From a virus: 64,000 bases of DNA. The stretch spans positions 1 to 64,000 of IMG/VR virus record IMGVR_UViG_3300031951_000017; one strand, 5' to 3'. Position numbers and translations under genes: made by a program. The notes beneath the pieces were generated by a model that was not told the origin of the DNA, did no database searches, and worked only from the letters and a program-made list of their open reading frames with translations. This document shows positions 11,101 to 21,205 of the stretch, in pieces (the first letter of the stretch is position 1; each line of letters starts with the position of its first letter).

Positions 11101-13462
11101 TCCTACCCACCCCACCATTTACTGGTGTGTTATTAAAGTACTTGTCTTTTAAGTTAAACATATTTAACTTCTCTGACGTAGTTAGTGAATTCGTGAAGAT
11201 TATATCTTTTGAATTGTCCTCATTTAGTGATGCACTTGAGTCAAATGCTGTTTGTCTAATAGGCCCTTCCATCACATATGGTAAGTCATCCTCGGTACCA
11301 TCCATATTGTAAGCGTCGGCGCTATTGAAATCGGCGAGTGGACTTGAGTTAACCGAACCCGATTTTGCCGACTCTAAATTAGAGTTAGCTTCACTTGCGA
11401 CATCATTACCACTAATATCCATCTCAGTGTCTTTACAATCACATCTTTCACACCCATCACTAGTGTATAGAAACAATGGTAACTTTATATTTTTAAACCA
11501 ATTATCTTTCCATTTTGTACGTTTTGGTTTATCACCACAATCCCCAGGTTCCTTACCTATCCAACGTCTAATTTTATTTATAGCTTTACAAAGTCCATAA
11601 ATTAATAATTGTAATAAATACACAATTTGCATTATGACAAATATTATTGGCCATAAAAACGCCAAAATATGAGTTACAATTAATATTGGTGTAAACGCAA
11701 ATTTGAAAATTGTAATAAAAAAACTTAGAATAATAAAAATCGCATCAAATCTATATTGTACATCATTAGATGGAAACTTATTAACTGAATTTTCACATTC
11801 GATGGTATTAATATTTTTAATTAAAGTTGTATTCCAAGAAAATCTTCTAGATTGGTATCTATCTAATAATTGTGATATGGTATACACTTTATTATATTGC
11901 ATTTGATAGAACGTATCCTCACAATCTATGGCGTCGATAGGATTAGCATAGTCACTCCAACTCAAACTAAATGCGTATGACGCTTCTAATTGAAACTTTT
12001 GTGCTGAAATTACTTTAAAAACTAAACTGCCCTGATTTTCATTTGGAGTGGTGTATGAAATCGTGTAGTTCCCATCTTGGGATAAATTGGTTCCATTTAT
12101 TACCTCGTCGTTTGGTCCTGTAATTGATAGATTTTCAAAATTACTCTTACTTTCAATTTGATATACGTATCCATTTGGTACTGATATGTTTGCAAATGCT
12201 GGTACGTCTCCAGTTGCCGCAGGTAATAATATTTCAAAAGATTCACTACCTTCATTTGCTGGGTCTGAATTAGAATTAGACCATCCTCTTTCTCGAATGT
12301 TTGGTACTAAGAAATATGCTCGTCTACTCTCTTCTTTAAGACCAGAAGGTTGTTGCCATTTAATTTTGAATCTGTATTTTCCCTTTGTTGGGATACCTAA
12401 ATTTGGGTCTTCACTTAATACTTGTTCGCCAAATTCATTAGTATATACATAATCAAGGTTCATTGGGACCTCTATTAACCACGTACCGTCAGCATCTATC
12501 ACTTTTCCTTCTTGTGGTAAGTCAGCAACTTCTAATATTGGATAACCTAATTCATCTTGTCTGATTGTTTGTCTGATTGCTAAAATCTGTCCAGGTCCGG
12601 GTGTTAATGCACACAATTGACCCATTTTAGATTTAACCTTACATCTTCTCTTAACTTTTCTTAAAGTATCTGTCGAGAAAATTGAACCCATGAATACCGA
12701 AGTTGGTTCAATTTTAATATTTGCAGCACCTGAAGATAAATCAAAATCAGCTCTTGTAATACCAACTTGACAAAGGTCTTCTTGCCCCCAAAAAGCATTA
12801 ACTTGTACTATCTTTGTCTCATAAACAATTTGTGGTAATTCATTAAAATTATTAGAAGATTTAAATCTACTTCCGTTAAATTGACTTTCAGTTCCTCTAC
12901 CCATCCTCAATAAATCTTGAGGGGTTAGTGAGAATTCACCAATATCAGATAAATCCACATTTAACACTAATGTATGTTGTCCAGGTGGTACACCATAAAT
13001 CATATAGTCACCACTTTCGTTGGTTGTAACCGTATACTTATAATATTTTTGATAAAGTTCTGAGGCGATTGGGTCTCTCAATACATCTTCCCTAGTTGGA
13101 AATGTTCCTGTTGGTGTGTGTCCTGAATATGACGGAGTATATGGTAGAAGATTGTATTTAAAACCATCTTCATTTATATCTGATAATGTTCTATAAGGAT
13201 AATAAGATGTTAGAATTGGGTTATTTTCATCCTCTTGTTGTAGAGGTATAAAAACCGAAACTTTACATTTTGGTAGTCCGTAACCACCATTTACAAATAC
13301 CCTACCAGCAATTACGCCATAATTTGCACAACTTTTCGGATATACTTCCGATTGTCTTATTTTTAAAGATAATAACTCAATTTCTTCAAAATCTTGGTCT
13401 ATCTGTATTGATATATTTTGGTCTTTTCCTGGTGTAGATTTAATCCTGAATGACTTACCCAT
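8186..13462 (-). CDS. large tail-tip/baseplate protein with N-terminal carboxypeptidase-regulatory-like beta-sandwich and an internal hydrophobic segment
   Basis: 1758 aa; GVIAGRV...TVTTNESGDYMIYGVPPGQHTL is CarboxypepD_reg-like; ~55-aa hydrophobic stretch; Cys-rich; preceded by TATTTAT. Confidence 0.55.
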   Translation of the reverse strand: MGKSFRIKSTPGKDQNISIQIDQDFEEIELLSLKIRQSEVYPKSCANYGVIAGRVFVNGGYGLPKCKVSVFIPLQQEDENNPILTSYYPYRTLSDINEDGFKYNLLPYTPSYSGHTPTGTFPTREDVLRDPIASELYQKYYKYTVTTNESGDYMIYGVPPGQHTLVLNVDLSDIGEFSLTPQDLLRMGRGTESQFNGSRFKSSNNFNELPQIVYETKIVQVNAFWGQEDLCQVGITRADFDLSSGAANIKIEPTSVFMGSIFSTDTLRKVKRRCKVKSKMGQLCALTPGPGQILAIRQTIRQDELGYPILEVADLPQEGKVIDADGTWLIEVPMNLDYVYTNEFGEQVLSEDPNLGIPTKGKYRFKIKWQQPSGLKEESRRAYFLVPNIRERGWSNSNSDPANEGSESFEILLPAATGDVPAFANISVPNGYVYQIESKSNFENLSITGPNDEVINGTNLSQDGNYTISYTTPNENQGSLVFKVISAQKFQLEASYAFSLSWSDYANPIDAIDCEDTFYQMQYNKVYTISQLLDRYQSRRFSWNTTLIKNINTIECENSVNKFPSNDVQYRFDAIFIILSFFITIFKFAFTPILIVTHILAFLWPIIFVIMQIVYLLQLLIYGLCKAINKIRRWIGKEPGDCGDKPKRTKWKDNWFKNIKLPLFLYTSDGCERCDCKDTEMDISGNDVASEANSNLESAKSGSVNSSPLADFNSADAYNMDGTEDDLPYVMEGPIRQTAFDSSASLNEDNSKDIIFTNSLTTSEKLNMFNLKDKYFNNTPVNGGVGRNQVKRTISGNGGLFHFDNTIVLVVDNGEISSFPTGQLISFSNPLLSSDPNLTGSTIANTGGTNSITGTPITNGGIWSVNYADPNAPANNVGPVNYVINYTGETPDYLVYPTDMEYFQVLTGLTLSSFTALTPNSTSVNSNFLNRNYSRPDFLNRYLLNEMKFYMTLANFLGTNTDCTNQFWRSIALAPSPLYNVPENSNVRSPLYWLDGRDGLGIIILQRGVDPHSPKVQQEVDLSRIFGWNDYNQPGLKITGEYKLNIPIQASNNLKLPRHDQFQTNNSTDIFGTIFFNGTFNVQNTFSGYTSNLIRYYSRLGESVSSTAVSETGGIFTKVQIQGSGFVSNINEGPCDCGTNYSLRLGYNFGTGNNSFFGYQSGEYLEGGSSCVQNLIQQTDSIDEPACAAFPYRVGSIPAAYISNIYPSTTSVNMVNPSKLIMRTDRLPSSTQVSTGNTTGNGVYLLHQNSSFTIYLFDESGSAGSLGSSPVSYTFSEVETEDIPNGYSGFVETLSECSKALPLECYVTNADGTVSLKPCDQSDGSCCGKNYNNGGYRKWFDYGVGCYNLVSFPIISIVKDFTLLTEFFQRLKLNLALCFDVFSHTFGNNWINGTLYMYPFQMTTFFDTQNKPFYNYCKDLVYFHDPTNTFYYRSSPYSSASGGKFIGRDQNERSNGAGNKKQLGQPTTILDLGPKVSYLQEIVFNDDYDGYIVDQLDSTSFKDVTDILNILILSRLVNESFISLLIPGSGGGSDPSISGFFNNDRWNPSGNLIPGVIDGDYSQMISTNSEFGVSEFSPESYNMNTDVKLKRDSSNYAYFEIFFSADNQSRDYITPRRKIWNNNATVSPNIGDFSYITTKSQIVPMYQWNVKYSSSNTIFGNQNNNWDTNESGYFKIRYQSLDRFSPTSQYQVVGSTLQKNWKGFIYNVDGNGLPTDAVPSGYNDTITFGTPFFFYFGVVKGSSAFDKFRNKYINDELI

Positions 13463-13476
13463 CGAACTTTTTATTA

Positions 13477-13483
13477 ATAAATA
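13477..13483 (-). promoter_or_regulatory. TATTTAT putative late promoter (1758-aa gene operon)
   Basis: One of 13 copies found ~5-35 nt upstream of gene starts. Confidence 0.6.
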
Positions 13484-13538
13484 CTTATGACCACATTTTT
13501 AAAAACGTAATCAACATAATAATAAACAGAACCGAAAA

Positions 13539-15377
13539 TTAAGAAACAGAAACGGATTGGAAATTCTTGACTCTAACTCTAATGTCTTTAGCTGGGAATC
13601 TGATTTGGTATATCTGATTCGGTAAAGCAAATAAAGTTCCGTCTTGAGGTTCAATTTGTTTTGTAGTACTATCAGAATAAGCCATTGATGTTTGGGACGA
13701 TGAGTATTCACCTCCAACTTCATTGAAAATGTCTATTTGTGTTACCGATATTACGCCATTTTCAGATTGTAATATTCTATTAACTTCAGATATATTAACA
13801 TTTTGTCCTAATTCTCTAGCTGATGGGTTAAAATAATCAGCAATTTTTTGAATGATTGTACTAATAATCGCACCTTGATTTTGGGTAGACTCAAGTACAA
13901 CATACACATCAACACTTAAATCAATAACATCCGCAGTTTCAATTGAGATGTAGTCATTTATCATTCGGTAATTTGAAAGGTATGACGCTAAGTTATCCAT
14001 TAAAGCGTTTGATACAACAGGCGTCAATGCTCCAGTTGTGTCAAAAGAAAGGATTTTAATTTTAATTTTATTATCTTCCTCCATTACGGCAACTTTTGCA
14101 GGTGCTCCAAATTGACTTGGCATTTTTCTAATGATTGCCTCATAGTCATTTACAGTAACTGCTCTGTTTTGACTTGCAAAGTTAAATGCCACATAGTTTC
14201 TAACTTCTTCAATCGTAGGTTGTCCAGCACCACCGATTGCGGCAGTAACATTTGTACATCTAAGTGAATTTACAACAGAAGTATTCGTTCCTTCTGATGG
14301 ACCATTCACCACAAATATGACTGTACCTATTTGATTGATTACGTTTACACCTAAATTACTACCGACCCCACCACCAGAACGATACTGAATAAACAGAGTT
14401 GTATTAGATTTAAGTGTTGACCCTAAAGCAAAATTATTCAAAAAGTTTTGGATTGTTGGCATATTACCTGTTCTAGTAAACTCAACCAATTGTTCTTCAG
14501 CTGAAGTATTACCACCACCAAAAGTAACTTTTAAGAAACCTTCAGGGGTATATTCACTAATAAATCTATTATTAGTTTGTATCCATTTTCCGATTTTAAC
14601 ACCAGGTCTATCTGATGGTTTTGTTGAATCTTCAACAAATACTCTATCTTGAGCAAGTGCATCAACTTCATACCATCTTCCAATCTCACCTAAAAATTCT
14701 TGAGCAGATGGGATATTAGCATAATTTGTACCATCTTTTTGTATAATACTTGTAATACCTAACACATTTTTACCAGGTAAAAATATTTCATAAAATGGTC
14801 TAACGTCATTTGGTGTAATAACTTGTTTAAATACTTTTGTAACACCATTAACAACTAATTCTCGTTTTGTAATTGTGTAGTTAATTAAATTACCTCTTGA
14901 GTCAAAGTTTGGTATTTTTAATCTGTTTGGATATCCTTGTGCGTTATATGGTGATGTGAAATCAATATCATATATTGTTTCAAATATTTGACCAGCACCA
15001 ACAACCTGAGAACCCCTTCTTAAAATACCTTCATACCTTTCATCATCCTTATCACCTGAAGCTGGAACAGTAATTGAAAAGTCAACTAATGCAACTGATG
15101 GTCTTTGTCCTGGTATTTTTAATCCGTATGTTCTAGCTAAGTTGTAAATTGAGGAACGTTGTTGAGCAAATTGTAATACCGTCTCCTGAACACTTCTGTC
15201 AATATGGTAATGTAAATTATCCGCAACAGCCGCGTTTAAGTCCATAAAAACGGAAAATACGGATGCGTCATTGAAGTTATCAATTAACTCAGGGTAATAA
15301 GCTTTTACAAAATTTACTAATTCTGTTCTAATTCCTTGGAAATCCCTGACGGTATACGCTATTCTTTTTTCAGCCAT
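13539..15377 (-). CDS. baseplate wedge subunit (T4 gp6 / baseplate J-like)
   Basis: 612 aa; YTVRDFQGIRTEL...DFNDAS, AQQRSSIYNLARTYG, FASQNRAVTVNDY are gp6 family motifs; directly follows gp25. Confidence 0.88.
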   Translation of the reverse strand: MAEKRIAYTVRDFQGIRTELVNFVKAYYPELIDNFNDASVFSVFMDLNAAVADNLHYHIDRSVQETVLQFAQQRSSIYNLARTYGLKIPGQRPSVALVDFSITVPASGDKDDERYEGILRRGSQVVGAGQIFETIYDIDFTSPYNAQGYPNRLKIPNFDSRGNLINYTITKRELVVNGVTKVFKQVITPNDVRPFYEIFLPGKNVLGITSIIQKDGTNYANIPSAQEFLGEIGRWYEVDALAQDRVFVEDSTKPSDRPGVKIGKWIQTNNRFISEYTPEGFLKVTFGGGNTSAEEQLVEFTRTGNMPTIQNFLNNFALGSTLKSNTTLFIQYRSGGGVGSNLGVNVINQIGTVIFVVNGPSEGTNTSVVNSLRCTNVTAAIGGAGQPTIEEVRNYVAFNFASQNRAVTVNDYEAIIRKMPSQFGAPAKVAVMEEDNKIKIKILSFDTTGALTPVVSNALMDNLASYLSNYRMINDYISIETADVIDLSVDVYVVLESTQNQGAIISTIIQKIADYFNPSARELGQNVNISEVNRILQSENGVISVTQIDIFNEVGGEYSSSQTSMAYSDSTTKQIEPQDGTLFALPNQIYQIRFPAKDIRVRVKNFQSVSVS

Positions 15378-15381
15378 GTTC

Positions 15382-15843
15382 TTATATATTAATTATTACA
15401 AAATCTTTAGAATTAAATACATTATCTGTAATAATATAATCAATTCTAACTTTTGCAGTGTATTCTAAATTATTTAATCCAGGCATCCTGTAACTTCTGT
15501 TTGTAGCATTACCTTCAGTAGTAACAACAATATCCTCCTCTTCCGATGAGGCTGCCGTAATAGTTATTTTATTTATTTTTAAGTTCGGAATATACCTTTC
15601 ACAACTTTCTCTAATTTCAGATTCAATACCATCAAAGGTTGGTGAGTCCATTGGTTCGAAAATATATTCATATAATCTTGTCCCAAAATCAGGTAAATAA
15701 TATCTAGTTCCCTTTCTAGTAAGTAGAAGATGTATCAAATTGTTTCTTATTTCATCGTCCGCAGTTTGAGATAAACTCAAATATTGTCCATATTGGGAAT
15801 TTCTGAAAGGAAAATCAATACCATATGTTTTACCATTTGCCAT
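15382..15843 (-). CDS. baseplate wedge subunit gp25-like (sheath initiator)
   Basis: 153 aa; IRNNLIHLLLTRKGTRYYLPDFGTRLYEYIFEP is the GPW/gp25 signature. Confidence 0.9.
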   Translation of the reverse strand: MANGKTYGIDFPFRNSQYGQYLSLSQTADDEIRNNLIHLLLTRKGTRYYLPDFGTRLYEYIFEPMDSPTFDGIESEIRESCERYIPNLKINKITITAASSEEEDIVVTTEGNATNRSYRMPGLNNLEYTAKVRIDYIITDNVFNSKDFVIINI

Positions 15844-15848
15844 ATTGT

Positions 15849-15855
15849 ATAAATA
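15849..15855 (-). promoter_or_regulatory. TATTTAT putative late promoter (gp25/gp6)
   Basis: 5 nt upstream of the gp25 ATG, downstream of the nrdA terminator. Confidence 0.65.
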
Positions 15856-15893
15856 TAATGTTGTGAAATTTTAATTAAATAGTGTAAAAAATA

Positions 15894-15917
15894 AAAACCC
15901 GACTTGTGTCGGGTTTT
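15894..15917 (-). terminator. intrinsic terminator after nrdA
   Basis: AAAACCCGAC-ttgt-GTCGGGTTTT inverted repeat followed on the minus strand by a T-rich tail; separates replication from baseplate genes. Confidence 0.8.
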
Positions 15918-15921
15918 AATA

Positions 15922-18354
15922 TTAGGATGAACATCCAAAACAATCAAATTGACTATTGTCTGGTTTTGGAGGTAAATTCATTTCTTTATAGTCTACTTTT
16001 GGTGGTTCAGGGGTTACTTTTGGTTTAATCGTTTTTGATATGTCGACCGCTAAATGTTTAGCTCCTGTTGAAATCGCCTTTGTTCTAACATAGTAGCAAA
16101 GTGTTTTTAAACCTTTTTCCCATCCGTAAAAATGTGATGATGAAATCTTAGATAGAGTTGGGTTACCCATATAAATGTTCATTGATTGTGATTGGTCAAT
16201 GAATGGTGCTCTATCTGCCGCCATTTCAATCAAAGACTTCTGAGAAATTTCCCAAATTGTTTTATATTTCTGAATCAAATGTTCGGTTCTTTTAACTTTT
16301 GAGTTGTATTTCTTATCTTCTTGGTCGAGGTAATTATTAAAATTTATTCCTTGTATTGAACCTTCGTTCATGATGATTTCATTCTTCAAATCCTCAGACC
16401 AAATTCCAATCTTTTCAAAATCGTTAATTAAATACTTGTTAACAATCATAATTTCACCACCAACTACACGTCTGTTAAAAATAGCTGAGTGGGCAGGTTC
16501 GGTCATTTCATATGAACCTGTAATCTTGGCCGAAGATGCCACAGGCATCTGAGCAGTAAATAAAGAGTTACAAACACCATATTTACTAACATTTTGTTTT
16601 AAGATACCCCAAGGCCATCTTCCTGACAACTCATCTTCTTTTAATCCCCACATATCAAATTGAAAATTACCTTGTGACATAGGTGAACCTTCAAAGTGTG
16701 AGTATGGTTTGTATTCACCATCAATACACAACCTATTACTTTCAGTGATAGCTGCGAAATAGATAGTTTCAAAAATTTCTTTGTTTAATTTACGAGCTTC
16801 GTCAGATGTGAAGATGTAATCCATCAAATAGAATACGTCAGCAAGACCTTGAGTTCCAATAGCAATTGCTCTTTGGGCTAGTCCACCAATTCTACCTTTT
16901 TCAGTTGAGTAGCTATTGATATCGATTACTTTATTCAACGCTCTTACCACCTTACGGGTTTCTTCATACAATAGTTGGTGATTAAACTCCCCGTCTTTAA
17001 CGAAGTTCTTTAATACCATAGATGATAAAGTACAAATCGCCGTAGTGTCCTCATCAGTATATTGATAAATTTCATTACAAAGATTTGATTGTTTAATTAC
17101 ACCAATATTTTGGTGGTTAGTTTTCTTATTAGCATTGTCTTTAGAACAAAGATAAGGAACTCCGGTTTCAATTTGAGATTCGATAATTTTATTCCAAATG
17201 TCTTGAGCTTTAACTTTTTTACCAAGTCCTAATTCAACGGCTTTATTGTAATTAGTCTCATACTCATCACCATAACATTCTTGTAGTGGTTTGATACCTG
17301 ATTTCTTAATATCATTAGGACAAAACAAATACCAATCGTCATTATTCTTAACCGCTCTCATAAAATTGTCAGGAATCCAAAGTGCTGTAAATAAATCACG
17401 AGCTCTTAATTCTTCAGCACCAGTATTCTTTTTAATATCCAACAAATCCAAAACATCTTTGTGCCAAGGTTCTAAATAAATAGCCGCAGAACCTGGTCTA
17501 CGTCCTTGTTGGTTAAAGAAACGGAGTGACTCGTTAACAATCTTCAAATACTTCAATAATCCACCCGCATATCCCCCTGATGAGTTAATACGACTTTCCT
17601 TACTACGAATATTTGACATACAAAGACCAATACCCGCAGCATCTGATGAATACGTTGAGATGTCTCTCATAGTGTCTAAAAGACCTTCACGCGAATCGTC
17701 ATCATTGTATTTCAACACACAAGATGCAAGTTGTGGTGTCTTTGTACCAGCATTAATCATAATTGGTGTTGCGGGTGATATAAGTTGATTTGACAATGAC
17801 TTATAATATTCAACGGCCTCCTCAAATGACTTAGTTACCCATAATGCGACACGCATGTACATATGTTGGGGTCTTTCAACGACTTTACCTGTAGGTAATT
17901 TTAAAAGATACATTTCTTGTAATGAACGCCATGCAAAATAGTCAAAATTGTAATCATTATCGTGATTAATAACATCATCAATATTACTAGGTCCGTATGA
18001 TTCAATAATTTCCATTAATTTATCATTAACAATACCATCAACATGTAGTGTGTGCATAACATTAGAGAAACTCGGGTCTGTTTCTTTGTGATAAGATGAT
18101 ATTGCAACTGATGACGCTAAACGAGAATAGTCATGGTGACTACCCGTAAACGCTGCTGCAATTTCATAAATTAACTTGTCCAAGTCCTTGGTAGTGATAA
18201 TGCCTTCAGTTGGAACTGAAGTTATTACCTTGATGAATATTTCGTCAGAATTAACCGTTAATCCTTTAGCGGCTCTTTTAATTCTGTTATAAATTTTTTG
18301 TGGGTTGAACGACGCATCGTCACCACTTCTTTTTTTAATTCTAAGTGACATCAT
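15922..18354 (-). CDS. nrdA: ribonucleoside-diphosphate reductase alpha subunit, class Ia, with ATP cone
   Basis: 810 aa; N-terminal ATP cone (IKKRSG...FNPQKI), ERPQ, SPATP, QLASC, SNLCNEI, ICTLSS, DQSQSMN, C-terminal CxxC (CFGC). Confidence 0.97.
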   Translation of the reverse strand: MMSLRIKKRSGDDASFNPQKIYNRIKRAAKGLTVNSDEIFIKVITSVPTEGIITTKDLDKLIYEIAAAFTGSHHDYSRLASSVAISSYHKETDPSFSNVMHTLHVDGIVNDKLMEIIESYGPSNIDDVINHDNDYNFDYFAWRSLQEMYLLKLPTGKVVERPQHMYMRVALWVTKSFEEAVEYYKSLSNQLISPATPIMINAGTKTPQLASCVLKYNDDDSREGLLDTMRDISTYSSDAAGIGLCMSNIRSKESRINSSGGYAGGLLKYLKIVNESLRFFNQQGRRPGSAAIYLEPWHKDVLDLLDIKKNTGAEELRARDLFTALWIPDNFMRAVKNNDDWYLFCPNDIKKSGIKPLQECYGDEYETNYNKAVELGLGKKVKAQDIWNKIIESQIETGVPYLCSKDNANKKTNHQNIGVIKQSNLCNEIYQYTDEDTTAICTLSSMVLKNFVKDGEFNHQLLYEETRKVVRALNKVIDINSYSTEKGRIGGLAQRAIAIGTQGLADVFYLMDYIFTSDEARKLNKEIFETIYFAAITESNRLCIDGEYKPYSHFEGSPMSQGNFQFDMWGLKEDELSGRWPWGILKQNVSKYGVCNSLFTAQMPVASSAKITGSYEMTEPAHSAIFNRRVVGGEIMIVNKYLINDFEKIGIWSEDLKNEIIMNEGSIQGINFNNYLDQEDKKYNSKVKRTEHLIQKYKTIWEISQKSLIEMAADRAPFIDQSQSMNIYMGNPTLSKISSSHFYGWEKGLKTLCYYVRTKAISTGAKHLAVDISKTIKPKVTPEPPKVDYKEMNLPPKPDNSQFDCFGCSS

Positions 18355-18373
18355 AGTTTATAAAGATAGTAAA

Positions 18374-19321
18374 TTAAAAGTCATCAGTAAATGAGAGGGA
18401 CTCATTTAATTTCGCTTTTTGATATTCAACCGTTCTTGATTCGAAGAAATTCCCTTTCGTTTCAACGGCTATTTGTTCCATAAATTTAAATGGTTGTTCA
18501 ACATTGAATTGTTTTTTACATCCCATTTTAACAAGTAGTCCATCGACCACGAATTCTAAGTATTGTTTCATTAAATTTTGGTTCATACCAATCAATGAAA
18601 CGGGTAATGATTCAGTAATAAATTCTTTTTCAATCTCTAGAGCCGATAAAAGAATTTCTTTAATTCTCTTTTCACTTGGTTTATTTTCGACGTGATTATT
18701 CAACAAGTGGATTGCAAAATCACAATGTAAATTTTCGTCTTTGAAAATCAAAGAGTTTGCATTACACAAACCTTGCATGATTCCACGAGACTTTAACCAA
18801 AAGATTGAACAAAACGACCCTGAAAAGAAAATACCTTCAACTGCTGCAAATGCAACAAGTCTTTCTTGGAAGGACGCGTTTTCAATCCAATCTAAAGCCC
18901 ATTTAGCCTTCTTTTGAACTGCTGGTAGATTATCTAATGCCGTGAAACATTTGTTCTTTTCTTCCTCATTTGAGATATAGGTATCAATCAATAATGAATA
19001 CATCAATGAGTGGATATTTTCCATTGCAAGTTGCATTCCGTAGAAAAATTTAGCCTCTGGATATTGAACTTCTCTATAAAAATTTTCCGCTAAATTTTCA
19101 TTAACAATTCCGTCAGAAGCGGCAAAGAATGACAATACATTTTTAATAAAATATTGTTCATTTTCCGATAAATTCTCCCAGTCTCTAATGTCGTTTGATA
19201 AATCAACTTCTTCAGCCGTCCAAAATGCCGCTTGATGCATTTTATAATATTCCCATATGTCGTTATATTGGATAGGAAATATCACAAATCGGTTTGGGTT
19301 TTCTTTTAATATTTTTTCCAT
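18374..19321 (-). CDS. nrdB: ribonucleoside-diphosphate reductase beta subunit, class Ia
   Basis: 315 aa; [44 protein letters not shown] di-iron and tyrosyl-radical motifs. Confidence 0.97.
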   Translation of the reverse strand: MEKILKENPNRFVIFPIQYNDIWEYYKMHQAAFWTAEEVDLSNDIRDWENLSENEQYFIKNVLSFFAASDGIVNENLAENFYREVQYPEAKFFYGMQLAMENIHSLMYSLLIDTYISNEEEKNKCFTALDNLPAVQKKAKWALDWIENASFQERLVAFAAVEGIFFSGSFCSIFWLKSRGIMQGLCNANSLIFKDENLHCDFAIHLLNNHVENKPSEKRIKEILLSALEIEKEFITESLPVSLIGMNQNLMKQYLEFVVDGLLVKMGCKKQFNVEQPFKFMEQIAVETKGNFFESRTVEYQKAKLNESLSFTDDF

Positions 19322-19348
19322 AAAATGTAATTTAATCTGTTTTAATAA

Positions 19349-20722
19349 TTATACTTGTTGTTGTTTTCTTTTCTCCATAACCTCTTTAATTCTGTCTTTT
19401 TTCTGTTGCTCTCTGTTCTCTTCCAATCCTAAGAAAGTAACAGAACTTTCAGTGTCAATTTCCATCAACTCATTATTAAATTTACAATTTTCAAATACAA
19501 TTCCGTCTTTACCAATACGTGATTTTGTAATTGCAATTGTTGCCAAATTTAATTCTTTTTGTTGTAAAGATTTAGCAATTGTAATAATAACGTGACCAAC
19601 TTGAGCTTTCTTAATAGAACCCCCCATTTGGTCAGTAGTAACAACCTCAGATGAGATTGAACTTCTATTACCTTGGGTTGCAGTCCAACCAGCAATATGT
19701 AATTCATGACACATGGCTTCAAATGCTCTCATTACAGAACCTTCAGATTTCCATTCGTCCTCTAAAGATTTTTCAGGTGTAACACAATCAATATAATCCA
19801 AAATAATAACATCAAGGTTAATACCATCAGCAATCATCTTTCTTAATTGATTTTTAATCTGATTCATAGTTAGAGTATCTGAAGGAAGTTTTTTAAGGAT
19901 AAGTTTATTTTTCATCTTATCCTTAATTTCCTTCACCTTTTCCAAAACTTCTTCTTTGTGTTCACCCAATTTGTCAGGAGCAATTCCTGTCCACATAGTG
20001 AAATGTTTCCTTTGGATAATTTTTGGGTTATCCTCAAAAAATATCTGAAGAACGTTAAATCCCATATTAAAAGCGTGGTTAGCAATTTTGGATGTAACGG
20101 TGGTTTTACCTACCCCTGTTGGGGCTAAAATTACACCAATTTCACCCTTTGCCAATCCCCCTTTAAGTAAGTTGTCGATTCCTGGTATTCCCATTGGGAT
20201 TGGGTGTCTGTAATCGTCCGATAATACGTCATCAAGATTTTCAAAGACATCTCCAGTCCCCCTATCAACTTCACCCACTTGTAAAGCATCTCTAACCATT
20301 TCTTCAAGTTGGTCATAATTTTCGAATTCACCCGAATCAATGATTTTTTGAGCCTTACTCATTACTTTCTGTAACTCTTGTTGTTTACAGAATTTTAATG
20401 CCTTTTCTTGGACAAATGTTTTACCTTCGTCAGGGGCAATTTTAATTTCCCCAATAGTGTCAAGTACTATTTTTCTTGCCAATTCTTGTGAAATTTCACT
20501 TTTTGCAATTTGAGACAGAGTTTCAAAATTAGGACTAGCCTCGTATTTTGAATAATACTCTTTAATCATCTGAATGATAATCTTGTAGTATTTATTTTCA
20601 AAATAACTATTTTCAACAACCTCCACAATTGAATGTGCAAAGTCTTTATCTGTGATGATTTGATTCAGTAATTGTAACTGAAATGTTTGTCCTAAATACT
20701 CGAAATTTTTGTCTGTACTCAT
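19349..20722 (-). CDS. dnaB: replicative DNA helicase (DnaB / T4 gp41-like)
   Basis: 457 aa; Walker A APTGVGKT, LDYID, WTATQGNR, IAITKSRIG. Confidence 0.92.
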   Translation of the reverse strand: MSTDKNFEYLGQTFQLQLLNQIITDKDFAHSIVEVVENSYFENKYYKIIIQMIKEYYSKYEASPNFETLSQIAKSEISQELARKIVLDTIGEIKIAPDEGKTFVQEKALKFCKQQELQKVMSKAQKIIDSGEFENYDQLEEMVRDALQVGEVDRGTGDVFENLDDVLSDDYRHPIPMGIPGIDNLLKGGLAKGEIGVILAPTGVGKTTVTSKIANHAFNMGFNVLQIFFEDNPKIIQRKHFTMWTGIAPDKLGEHKEEVLEKVKEIKDKMKNKLILKKLPSDTLTMNQIKNQLRKMIADGINLDVIILDYIDCVTPEKSLEDEWKSEGSVMRAFEAMCHELHIAGWTATQGNRSSISSEVVTTDQMGGSIKKAQVGHVIITIAKSLQQKELNLATIAITKSRIGKDGIVFENCKFNNELMEIDTESSVTFLGLEENREQQKKDRIKEVMEKRKQQQV

Positions 20723-20749
20723 AAGTGTCTGTTGGTTTTTTGATAAATA

Positions 20750-21202
20750 TTAACGAGCCAAGCGAACACCCATATAATCTAAAGTTAAATTTTTAGTTGA
20801 GAAAACGTCGGTCAAATTACGTAACAATTCTTTTAAGAAGATACGTACGTCAACAGTGTATCTAACTTTTGGTGGGTATGGTTTAGCGTCGAACTGACGA
20901 TGACATACCAATTCTCCGTCAATTTTGATGAACATATTAAAGTTTTCCGGACCATCTGTATAAGACGTTTCCAACATTTGTGGGTCTTCCATAATTTGGT
21001 AGTCGTTCTCTAGAAGATAGTCGATAGACCGCATTTTTAAATGTCTTTGTAATAACTCTGAAAAGTCCAAAAGTTCATAATAAAGCTCCATAGAATTTTT
21101 AGCTTTAGGATTATACCCTCTTACGTTGTAAAATCTTTGTACAACGATGTTGTCGTTTAGAGTTAACAAAAACTCCATTTTTGTCATTTCATTTTGATTC
21201 AT
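20750..21202 (-). CDS. hypothetical protein in replication block
   Basis: 150-aa ORF tightly packed between the exonuclease and helicase genes; no motif recognised. Confidence 0.6.
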   Translation of the reverse strand: MNQNEMTKMEFLLTLNDNIVVQRFYNVRGYNPKAKNSMELYYELLDFSELLQRHLKMRSIDYLLENDYQIMEDPQMLETSYTDGPENFNMFIKIDGELVCHRQFDAKPYPPKVRYTVDVRIFLKELLRNLTDVFSTKNLTLDYMGVRLAR

Positions 21203-21205
21203 TTT

